62,046 nt of DNA, from assembly GCA_964465405.1 (NCBI GenBank), contig CAYXIX010000001.1, positions 1,858 through 63,903 of the forward strand, written 5' to 3'. Below are positions 1-8,250 of the stretch, one piece after another. The DNA is from an uncultured Parabacteroides sp. GTDB lineage: Bacteria; Bacteroidota; Bacteroidia; Bacteroidales; Tannerellaceae. A program made the position numbers and the translations under genes. The notes beneath the pieces are model-generated. The model was not told where the DNA came from. It did not search any database and saw only the letters and a program-made list of their open reading frames with translations. Positions within the stretch are counted from its first letter, which is position 1. Every line of letters begins with the position of its first letter.

Positions 1-260
1 GAGATATTGCGTACGTTGAAAGGGCGTCACGGGATGGAGCTGCCGGATGCAGATGACGACGTCGATATAAATATCGATATAAACGAGCAAAAGTTGTTGG
101 CAATAATAGCCGATTCCCCGAAAGTAACAATAAGAGATATGGCGGAAGCATTAGGAGTAACGCAACGGCAGTGTGAACGTATTGTGGCAGAAATGAAACG
201 GAAAAATTTATCCGGAGAATCAGTTTGAATAAAACGAGGGAATGGGAGTTTATAAGATAA
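1..260 (+). pseudogene. 3' end of a winged-helix (HTH) domain gene, apparently frameshifted near 207-210; 5' part outside window
   Basis: ORF 7..228 reads ...EQKLLAIIADSPKVTIRDMAEALGVTQRQCERIVAEMKRKN (wHTH). The typical wing tail IRRISLNKTREWEFIR* continues in another frame at 210..260. Confidence 0.55.
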
Positions 261-337
261 AAGAAGGGAAATGGTAAAATTAGGATATTTTTGATTTGGT
301 TTTCATCAGATATGAACGTTCATTTGTAAAAAAATCC

Positions 338-345
338 TATCTTTG
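338..345 (+). promoter_or_regulatory. Bacteroidetes primary-sigma -7 promoter element (TATCTTTG) of the V-ATPase operon
   Basis: Exact TAnnTTTG match ~50 bp upstream of the ATG at 397. Confidence 0.65.
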
Positions 346-396
346 TAGACGTTTAATGCCTGTGTGGGGGAAACAATATAATAAAATAATATAGAC

Positions 397-987
397 ATGG
401 ATACAAAGATTCAGGAACTGACTGATAAAATCTACAAAGAAGGTGTAGAGAAAGGGAATGAAGAAGCGGGGCGTATCATCGCGGATGCGGAAGTGCGGAA
501 ACAGACGTTGCTGGACGACGCAGAAGCGGAGGCGAAGCGTATTGTAGCGGATGCGGAGAAACGGGCGGCCGAACTGAAGAAGAATACGGAAGCCGAATTG
601 AAACTTTTTGCTTCTCAGGCAGTAGAAGCGTTAAAGAGTGAAGTAGCCAATTTGATTACAGACAAAATCATTTCGTCGAACGTGAAAACGGTCGTTTCTG
701 ATGGCGCTTTTATGCAAAAAGTTATTTTGGAAATGGCTAAAGAATGGGCGAAAAAGGAGTCGATTATAATTCAGTCTGCTGATGCGGAAGCGCTTACCAA
801 TTATTTTATGGCAAATGCCAAAAGTCTGCTCGACAAGGGCGTGAAAATAGAGAAAGTGGCCGGACATGACGCTTCGTTTACGATTGCGCCTGCTGATGGC
901 TCGTATAAAATTTGTTTTGGAGAAGAGGCGTTTTCGGCTTTCTTCAAAGAATTCCTCCGTCCGCAACTGGTTGAAATGCTCTTCTGA
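397..987 (+). CDS. atpE: V/A-type ATP synthase subunit E
   Basis: 196 aa with coiled-coil N-terminus (KIQELTDKIYKEGVEKGNEEA); first gene of the V-ATPase operon. Confidence 0.88.
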   Translation: MDTKIQELTDKIYKEGVEKGNEEAGRIIADAEVRKQTLLDDAEAEAKRIVADAEKRAAELKKNTEAELKLFASQAVEALKSEVANLITDKIISSNVKTVVSDGAFMQKVILEMAKEWAKKESIIIQSADAEALTNYFMANAKSLLDKGVKIEKVAGHDASFTIAPADGSYKICFGEEAFSAFFKEFLRPQLVEMLF

Positions 988-989
988 TT

Positions 990-1859
990 ATGGGTAAGTA
1001 TTATTGCTTGGTGGCGGGACTCCCTAATATTGCGCTCGAAGACAGCAAGCTGACTATTTCTGTGGAAGCTCTCCGCGAGGAGTTGGATGGCATATTGACC
1101 CGTTCGGACAAAAAGCTACTTGACCTGTTCTTCCTCAAGTTTGACAATAAGAACGTGATTGCTCATCTACAGCAATCGGATTGTGAACCGGATGTTCGCG
1201 GACGTATCCCGATGCGTGAGTTTGATGCGCTTTACCGAGCTTTGAAAGAGGAAGGAAAGCCTCCTAAGAATGACCGGATACCCCCTTATTTTGAGACTTT
1301 TTTCCGACTCCGGATCGCTAATGAGGGGACAGAAGACGATGCGAAAATCGTATGGGAAGACCGCTTGGCTGCGCTGTATTACGCTTATGCGATGAAAAGC
1401 AGGAATCGCTTTGTTGCTGATTGGTTTGAGCTGAATCTCAATATGAACAATGTATTGGCTGCGATTACTTGCCGCAAACATGGATGGGAGAAAGGTGCCT
1501 ATATTGTAGGCGATAATGAAGTGGCACGGGCACTACGGACTTCGAATGCACGTGATTTTGGATTGGGCGATACGATTGACTATTTGATGGATTTGCAGCG
1601 TATAGTCGAAGAAACAGACTTGCTAGCACGTGAGAAGAAAGTGGATTTATTGAAGTGGAATTGGCTTGAAGAACATACTTTTTTCAAACCTTTTGATATA
1701 GAAAGTGTATTTGCTTACCTGCTGAAGTTGGAAATGATCGAGCGCTGGGTAACGCTCGACCGTGTGACAGGTGAGCAAACATTCCGCCAAATCGTGGGGG
1801 CGATGAAGAAAGGAAGTGAGAACGCTTTGAAAGAATTTAAAAGAAATAACGAAAGATAA
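990..1859 (+). CDS. DUF2764 family protein (V-type ATPase subunit C-like)
   Basis: N-terminal YYCLVAGLP and C-terminal FDIESVFAYLLKLEMIERW motifs; lies between subunits E and A. Confidence 0.8.
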   Translation: MGKYYCLVAGLPNIALEDSKLTISVEALREELDGILTRSDKKLLDLFFLKFDNKNVIAHLQQSDCEPDVRGRIPMREFDALYRALKEEGKPPKNDRIPPYFETFFRLRIANEGTEDDAKIVWEDRLAALYYAYAMKSRNRFVADWFELNLNMNNVLAAITCRKHGWEKGAYIVGDNEVARALRTSNARDFGLGDTIDYLMDLQRIVEETDLLAREKKVDLLKWNWLEEHTFFKPFDIESVFAYLLKLEMIERWVTLDRVTGEQTFRQIVGAMKKGSENALKEFKRNNER

Positions 1860-1861
1860 TT

Positions 1862-3628
1862 ATGGCTACAAAAGGAATTGTAAAGGGAATCGTCTCTAAC
1901 CTTGTGACCGTAGAGGTAGACGGGCCTGTTTCTCAGAATGAGATCTGTTACATCTCGGTCGGAGGGGTAAAGCTGATGGCTGAGGTTATCAAGGTAATAG
2001 GCAAGAATGCTTTTGTACAGGTATTTGAGAGCACACGTGGTATGCGGGTTGGCGACGAGGCTGAGTTTGCGGGGCACATGTTGGAGGTGACATTGGGGCC
2101 GGGTATGTTGTCGCGTAATTATGACGGTCTGCAAAACGACCTTGATAAGATGGAAGGCGTTTTTTTGAAACGTGGCGAATATACGTTCCCGCTGAATAAA
2201 GAAAAACGTTGGCAGTTTAAACCATTGGCAAAAGTGGGTGATAAGGTCGCGGCTGGTGATTGGCTGGGCGAAGTCGATGAGAACTATCAACCGCATAAAA
2301 TCATGGTGCCATTCACATTCGAGGGTGAATATACGGTAAAAAGCCTGAAAGCGTCTGGGGAATATACGATTGAAGATGTCATGGCTGTATTGACGGATGA
2401 AAATGGGAAGGATGTGAATGTGACGATGGTACAGCGTTGGCCGGTTAAGCGTGCAATTACGTGTTACAAAGAGAAACCTCGTCCTTATAAGTTGCTTGAG
2501 ACGGGTGTCCGTACGATTGACACCGTGAACCCGATTGTTGAAGGGGGAACGGGGTTTATTCCCGGACCGTTTGGTACGGGTAAAACAGTGCTTCAGCATG
2601 CAATTTCCAAACAAGCGGAAGCGGATATCGTGATTATCGCGGCTTGTGGCGAACGTGCGAACGAGGTGGTGGAAATCTTTACCGAGTTTCCCGAACTGGT
2701 CGACCCGCACACGGGACGCAAGTTGATGGAGCGTACGATTATTATCGCCAATACGTCAAACATGCCTGTGGCGGCTCGTGAAGCGTCGGTATATACTGCG
2801 ATGACGATTGCGGAATATTATCGGAACATGGGTTTGAAAGTGTTGTTGATGGCAGACTCGACTTCCCGTTGGGCGCAGGCGTTGCGTGAAATGTCTAACC
2901 GTTTGGAGGAACTGCCCGGGCCTGACGCTTTCCCGATGGACTTGTCTGCGATTATTGCTAATTTCTATGCACGTGCAGGATATGTACATCTGAATAACGG
3001 GGCGACGGGTTCTGTTACTTTCATCGGTACGGTGTCGCCGGCTGGTGGTAACTTGAAAGAGCCGGTGACGGAGAACACGAAGAAGGTAGCCCGTTGTTTC
3101 TATGCTTTGGAGCAGGAACGTGCAGACCGCAAGCGTTATCCGGCTGTAAACCCAATCGACAGCTATTCGAAGTATTTAGAGTATCCGGAATTCCAAGCGT
3201 ATATTGCTGAACATATATCTTCTACATGGATTGACAAGGTGAATGAGATAAAGACCCGTATGTTGAGGGGTAAAGAGATTTCCGAGCAGATTAATATCTT
3301 GGGTGACGACGGTGTGCCGGTCGAGTATCACGTGATTTTCTGGAAGTCGGAGTTGATAGACTTTGTCATTCTTCAGCAGGATGCATTCGACCCGGTGGAC
3401 TCGGTTACCTCGTTGGAGCGGCAGGAGTTTATGCTGGATAAGGTGGTGCAGATTTGCCATACCGAATTTAAGTTCGAGACGTTTATCGAAGTGATGGATT
3501 ATTTCAAACAGATGATCAACATCTTCAAGCAGATGAACTATTCTGAATATAAGAGCGAGCAGTTCGAGAATTTTAATGCGCAGTTGGATGAACTATTAAA
3601 GAAAGGACAGTTGACAATTGACAATTGA
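1862..3628 (+). CDS. atpA: V/A-type ATP synthase subunit A (catalytic)
   Basis: P-loop GPFGTGKT, CGERANE, ADSTSRWAQALRE motifs. Confidence 0.96.
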   Translation: MATKGIVKGIVSNLVTVEVDGPVSQNEICYISVGGVKLMAEVIKVIGKNAFVQVFESTRGMRVGDEAEFAGHMLEVTLGPGMLSRNYDGLQNDLDKMEGVFLKRGEYTFPLNKEKRWQFKPLAKVGDKVAAGDWLGEVDENYQPHKIMVPFTFEGEYTVKSLKASGEYTIEDVMAVLTDENGKDVNVTMVQRWPVKRAITCYKEKPRPYKLLETGVRTIDTVNPIVEGGTGFIPGPFGTGKTVLQHAISKQAEADIVIIAACGERANEVVEIFTEFPELVDPHTGRKLMERTIIIANTSNMPVAAREASVYTAMTIAEYYRNMGLKVLLMADSTSRWAQALREMSNRLEELPGPDAFPMDLSAIIANFYARAGYVHLNNGATGSVTFIGTVSPAGGNLKEPVTENTKKVARCFYALEQERADRKRYPAVNPIDSYSKYLEYPEFQAYIAEHISSTWIDKVNEIKTRMLRGKEISEQINILGDDGVPVEYHVIFWKSELIDFVILQQDAFDPVDSVTSLERQEFMLDKVVQICHTEFKFETFIEVMDYFKQMINIFKQMNYSEYKSEQFENFNAQLDELLKKGQLTIDN

Positions 3629-3677
3629 CGATTATTGGAGTCATTGTAATTGTCAATTGTTAATTATCAATTGTCAA
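3611..3677. repeat. Inverted array of heptamer repeats (TTGACAA x3 / TTGTCAA x4)
   Basis: TTGACAA-TTGACAA-TTGACGA at 3611-3631; TTGTCAA-TTGTTAA-TTATCAA-TTGTCAA at 3650-3677. Confidence 0.8.
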
Positions 3678-3683
3678 TTAAAT

Positions 3684-4997
3684 ATGAAAGCATTTCAAAA
3701 GATATATACAAAGATTACCCAGATTACAAAAGCAACCTGTTCGTTAAAAGCGACAGGTGTGGGGTACGATGAGCTGGCTTCAGTCGATGGCAAGTTGGCT
3801 CAGGTTGTGAAGATTATCGGTGACGAGGTGACTCTACAGGTCTTTTCGGGTACGGAAGGTATTCGGACGAATGCCGAAGTGGTTTTCATGGGAAAGGCAC
3901 CGTCGTTGAAAGTGGGTGACCAGTTGGCCGGCCGTTTCTTTAATGCGTATGGCGAGCCGATTGACGGAGGACCTGTTCCTGAAGGGAAAGAGGTAGAAAT
4001 CGGCGGTCCATCGGTGAATCCTGTTCGACGTGAGCAGCCGTCGGAACTGATTGCGACGGGTATTGCCGGTATTGATTTGAACAATACGCTGGTGACAGGG
4101 CAGAAGATACCTTTCTTTGCTGACCCCGACCAACCGTTCAACCAAGTAATGGCGTTGGTTGCCTTGCGGGCACAGTCTGACAAGATTATTTTGGGAGGCA
4201 TGGGAATGACGAACGACGATTACCTGTTCTTCAAGAATACGTTTAGTCATGCAGGCGCACTCGACCGTATCGTCAGCTTTATCAATACGACGGAGGATCC
4301 TTCGGTTGAACGGATTTTGATTCCGGACATGGCGCTTTGTGCAGCCGAATATTTTGCGGTTGAGAAAAATGAGAAGGTGCTGGTGTTGCTGACCGACATG
4401 ACGAACTATGCCGATGCATTGGCGATTGTCTCGAACCGTATGGACCAGATTCCGTCGAAAGACTCTATGCCGGGTTCCCTTTATTCAGATTTGGCTAAGA
4501 TTTATGAGAAGGCAGTACAGTTCCCGACAGGCGGTTCAATCACGATTATCGCTGTGACTACGCTTTCGGGTGGAGACATTACCCATGCCGTGCCGGATAA
4601 CACCGGGTATATCACGGAGGGACAGCTTTATCTGCGTAAAGATAGCGATGTCGGGAAGGTGATTGTCGACCCGTTCCGTAGTTTGTCTCGTTTGAAACAG
4701 TTAGTGACCGGGAAGAAGACGCGTGAAGACCATCCGCAGGTAATGAACGCTGCTGTCCGGCTTTACGCCGATGCGGCGAATGCAAAGACGAAGTTGGAAA
4801 ATGGTTTCGACCTGACGGATTACGATAACCGTGCGCTGGCGTTTGCCAAAGATTATTCGAGTCAGTTGCTTGCGATAGATGTCAATCTGGATACGACGGA
4901 GATGCTCGACGTGGCTTGGCGTTTGTTTGCGAAGTATTTCCAGCCGGCAGAGGTAAACATCAAGCAGGCATTGGTAGATAAGTATTGGAAAAAGTAA
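3684..4997 (+). CDS. atpB: V/A-type ATP synthase subunit B
   Basis: MKAFQKIYTKI start (ATG 3684, in frame with the track ORF); LTDMTNYADAL, PDNTGYITEGQ, DPFRSLSRL motifs. Confidence 0.95.
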   Translation: MKAFQKIYTKITQITKATCSLKATGVGYDELASVDGKLAQVVKIIGDEVTLQVFSGTEGIRTNAEVVFMGKAPSLKVGDQLAGRFFNAYGEPIDGGPVPEGKEVEIGGPSVNPVRREQPSELIATGIAGIDLNNTLVTGQKIPFFADPDQPFNQVMALVALRAQSDKIILGGMGMTNDDYLFFKNTFSHAGALDRIVSFINTTEDPSVERILIPDMALCAAEYFAVEKNEKVLVLLTDMTNYADALAIVSNRMDQIPSKDSMPGSLYSDLAKIYEKAVQFPTGGSITIIAVTTLSGGDITHAVPDNTGYITEGQLYLRKDSDVGKVIVDPFRSLSRLKQLVTGKKTREDHPQVMNAAVRLYADAANAKTKLENGFDLTDYDNRALAFAKDYSSQLLAIDVNLDTTEMLDVAWRLFAKYFQPAEVNIKQALVDKYWKK

Positions 4998-5089
4998 TGT
5001 GCGTCTTGTCTGAAATACCCGCCGGGAAAGCTCGATTTTCCTGCCGAGCGGTTTCAGATGGGTGCCGACCCAATTTTTAATCAATAAGT

Positions 5090-5707
5090 ATGGCAATAAA
5101 GTTTCAATATAACAAGACCTCGCTTCAGCAGTTAGAGAAGCAGTTGAAGGTGCGCGAGCGTGCTTTGCCTACCATTAAGAGTAAGGAAAGTGCACTCCGG
5201 CTGGAGGTGAAGCGGACGAAAGACGAGGTGGCGCGATTGGAGCTTCAGCTGGAGGAGGAGATGCAGAGTTACGATAGCATGGTCGCCTTGTGGAATGAAT
5301 TCGACCCGGCGTTGATTCGCGTCCGCGATGTGTCGCTTTCCGTACGGAAGATTGCGGGTGTGATTGTGCCTGTGTTATCTGAAATTCAATTCGAGATCGG
5401 ATGTTACAGCCTGTTTGGTTCGCCGGCTTGGTTTGCTGACGGCATTGAGTTGCTGAAGAAACTGGCTCGCACAGGCATCGAAGCCGAATTTTCGGGAATG
5501 AAGCTGGAGCTGCTTGAACATGCGCGCAAGAAGACAACCCAGAAAGTCAATCTTTTCGAAAAGGTGCAGATTCCGGGTTATAAGGATGCAATCCGTAAGG
5601 TGAAACGGTTTATGGAAGACGAAGAGAGCCTTTCCAAGTCATCGCAAAAGATCATGCGGGCGAACCAAGAAAGACGCAAAACAAAAGAAATGGAGGTTGA
5701 GGTATGA
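5090..5707 (+). CDS. atpD: V/A-type ATP synthase subunit D
   Basis: MAIKFQYNKTSL, RKKTTQKVNLFEKVQIP motifs. Confidence 0.92.
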   Translation: MAIKFQYNKTSLQQLEKQLKVRERALPTIKSKESALRLEVKRTKDEVARLELQLEEEMQSYDSMVALWNEFDPALIRVRDVSLSVRKIAGVIVPVLSEIQFEIGCYSLFGSPAWFADGIELLKKLARTGIEAEFSGMKLELLEHARKKTTQKVNLFEKVQIPGYKDAIRKVKRFMEDEESLSKSSQKIMRANQERRKTKEMEVEV

Positions 5708-7524
5708 TAGTGAAAATGGAAAAGTACGCTTTCATGGTGTACCATAAAGAATATGATGCCTTTTTGTCGGTTTTGCGTGATTTGGGCGTTTTGCATGTGA
5801 GGGAGGTGAATTCGATTTGCGATAATGCAGATTTGCAGGTGTTGCTCGCTGCGCGTAGACGGCTCGAACAGGCGTTGCGTTTTTGTCTGACACTTGATAA
5901 GGCAGTAGACGACGGAACGGCTGCGGACGTGTGTCCGTCGGGTAAGGCGGATGGCTTGGCGTTGGCAGACGAGCTGGAAGTGTTGCGTGAGAAGAAAGCG
6001 GCGTTGCAGGCTTCGATTGCTTCGCTGGGAAAGGATATCGCTTATATGGAGCTTTGGGGCGATTTCGATTTCACGGTGATTGACCGGTTGAAGGAGGCCG
6101 GATATGAGGTGAATTTCTTTAGCTGCCCCACGGCACGCTACGAACCTAAATGGGGAGAGATGTATAATGCCTTTTTGGTCAATAACGTACAATCTGTCAC
6201 CTATTTTGTGACGGTCACGAAAGTGGGTACGCCGATTGATATCGATGCAGAGCGGGCCAAGATGCCCGGCAAAGGATTATCGGCTTTACAGACCGAAGAG
6301 GCTCGGAAGAGGCAAGAGCTGGATACGTTGAATGAGCAGATGCGGCTTTTCGCTTCCCAGCATTATAAAGAGCTGGTGGCTGCCGACAAAGCGGTTCAAG
6401 ACGAGTTCAATTATTTGAATGTCTGGGCTCAGACAGACCGCGAGGCTGAGAATCGGCTGATGCTGTTGGAAGGGTTTGTCCCGGCTGAGAACGCTTCGGC
6501 TATGGAGCAGGCGCTTGATCAAACCGGTTATTATTATCGTCATTTGGAACTGGACGTGACGGAAAATATTCCTATCAAATTGCGGAACAATGCTTTTTCC
6601 CGTTTGTTCGAGCCGATTACGCGGATGTTCTCCCTGCCGAAGTACACCGAGTTCGACCCGACGCCATTCTTCGCGCCGTTCTTCATGCTCTTCTTCGGGC
6701 TTTGCTTCGGCGACGGCGGTTATGGGTTGTTGGTGATATTGGTTTGTGCTTATTTCAAGCGCAAGGTGAAGGCGGATTACAAACCGTATTTGTCACTTTT
6801 CCAGTACTTCGGGCTGGCGGCGGTGATTGTCGGGACGTTGACAGGCTCTTTCTTCGGAATTGCATTGGTGAATGTTCCGGCATTGGCAGCGGTAAAAGAC
6901 TATTTTGTAAACAGTGATAACTTGATGACTTTCTCCATCATCATCGGTTTGGTGCAGATTGTCTTCGGAAAGATTGTGGCAGCGTTGCAGACCATGTCGC
7001 AACAGGGGACGAAATACGGCATTGCTCCGTTGGCGTGGGTCTTCACGATTGTCGCTTTCCTTTGCGCTTTGGGGCTCCCGATGCTCGACGTGCAAATCCC
7101 GGAAACGGTGAAGACCGTTTGCTATGCCATCGGAGGTTTGGGGCTGCTGATCGCATTCCTCTACAATTCGCCGGGCAAGAACGTTTTTCTGAATATTGGA
7201 ACGGGGTTGTGGAACACCTACAACGTTGCGTCCGGGTTGCTGGGTGATACGCTCTCTTACATCCGCTTGTTCGCCATCGGGTTGACGGGGTCGATTTTGG
7301 GAGGCGTTTTCAACACGTTGGCAATCGACATGACGGAGGGAATGAACATCGTGTTGCACATTGTCGTAATGCTGGTGATTCTCGTCTTCGGACATGCGAT
7401 CAACTTCGGGCTGTGCACCATCAGTTCGCTGGTGCATCCGTTGCGTCTGATTTTCGTCGAGTATTACAAGAACGCCGAATTTTCGGGAGGCGGGAAAGAA
7501 TACCGCCCCTTTAAGAAGGCATAA
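5704..7524 (+). CDS. atpI: V/A-type ATP synthase subunit I
   Basis: Soluble N-half plus multi-TM C-half; DPTPFFAPFF, GDxGYG, LSYIRLFA, HPLRL motifs; ATGA overlap with atpD. Confidence 0.93.
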   Translation: MIVKMEKYAFMVYHKEYDAFLSVLRDLGVLHVREVNSICDNADLQVLLAARRRLEQALRFCLTLDKAVDDGTAADVCPSGKADGLALADELEVLREKKAALQASIASLGKDIAYMELWGDFDFTVIDRLKEAGYEVNFFSCPTARYEPKWGEMYNAFLVNNVQSVTYFVTVTKVGTPIDIDAERAKMPGKGLSALQTEEARKRQELDTLNEQMRLFASQHYKELVAADKAVQDEFNYLNVWAQTDREAENRLMLLEGFVPAENASAMEQALDQTGYYYRHLELDVTENIPIKLRNNAFSRLFEPITRMFSLPKYTEFDPTPFFAPFFMLFFGLCFGDGGYGLLVILVCAYFKRKVKADYKPYLSLFQYFGLAAVIVGTLTGSFFGIALVNVPALAAVKDYFVNSDNLMTFSIIIGLVQIVFGKIVAALQTMSQQGTKYGIAPLAWVFTIVAFLCALGLPMLDVQIPETVKTVCYAIGGLGLLIAFLYNSPGKNVFLNIGTGLWNTYNVASGLLGDTLSYIRLFAIGLTGSILGGVFNTLAIDMTEGMNIVLHIVVMLVILVFGHAINFGLCTISSLVHPLRLIFVEYYKNAEFSGGGKEYRPFKKA

Positions 7525-7573
7525 ACGAATCAAGAAACAAACAGTAAAAATAATAATTAAAACATCATTCATT

Positions 7574-8026
7574 ATGGAACCTATTTTATTAGCTTATTTA
7601 GGAGTTGCGCTTATGACGGGTTTAACCTTTGTCGGTAGCGCGTATGGGGTGACGATTACGGGAAGTGCCGTGGTCGGTGCCATGAAGAAGAACCCGGACG
7701 CGTTGGGTTCGTACATCGCTTTAAGCGCCTTGCCTTCGTCGCAGGGATTGTATGGTTTTGTGGGCTATTTTATGATGCAACAATTCTTGGTGCCCGAAAT
7801 CACGATGTTGACGGGTTCGGCCATTTTTGCGACCGGCTTGTTGCTGGGCTTCTCCGGTTTGCTGTCGGCAATCCGTCAGGGGCAGGTGTGCGCCGATGGC
7901 ATTGTTTCTATCGCCGGCGGGCACAACGCCTTCGGTTCAACGATGGTGATGGCTGTGTTCCCCGAGTTGTATGCCATCTTGGGATTGCTGGTTACGATTC
8001 TGGTCAGCGCCAGCCTGCCTGCCTGA
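7574..8026 (+). CDS. atpK: V/A-type ATP synthase subunit K (proteolipid)
   Basis: 150 aa with four hydrophobic helices; LPSSQGLYG and FPELYAI motifs. Confidence 0.92.
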   Translation: MEPILLAYLGVALMTGLTFVGSAYGVTITGSAVVGAMKKNPDALGSYIALSALPSSQGLYGFVGYFMMQQFLVPEITMLTGSAIFATGLLLGFSGLLSAIRQGQVCADGIVSIAGGHNAFGSTMVMAVFPELYAILGLLVTILVSASLPA

Positions 8027-8061
8027 CCGGAGGAATCCAGTTCCATTGGTTTATACCCCCC

Positions 8062-8096
8062 CCTCACTCCGGCTTATCGACGGAGTGAGGTTTTTT
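8062..8096 (+). terminator. Rho-independent terminator of the V-ATPase operon
   Basis: CCTCACTCCG...CGGAGTGAGG followed by TTTTTT. Confidence 0.85.
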
Positions 8097-8250
8097 AGTG
8101 TAGATATAATCATCGAGGTGTTGGAGGCTATAAATTCCGTGTCTTGGAGGTTACTACCTCCGTCGCATGAGCGTCGATACGACCTTTCGTCAGAGGATAA
8201 GGAATGAGTAAAAACTTAGTGGCTAAGAATTGAACAAATAGAGAATACGA

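Noticed and set aside
3618-3683. N-terminal extension of atpB (MTIDDYWSHCNCQLLIINCQLN)
   Set aside because: It is the translated heptamer repeat from a TTG start; the ATG at 3684 gives the typical subunit B N-terminus.
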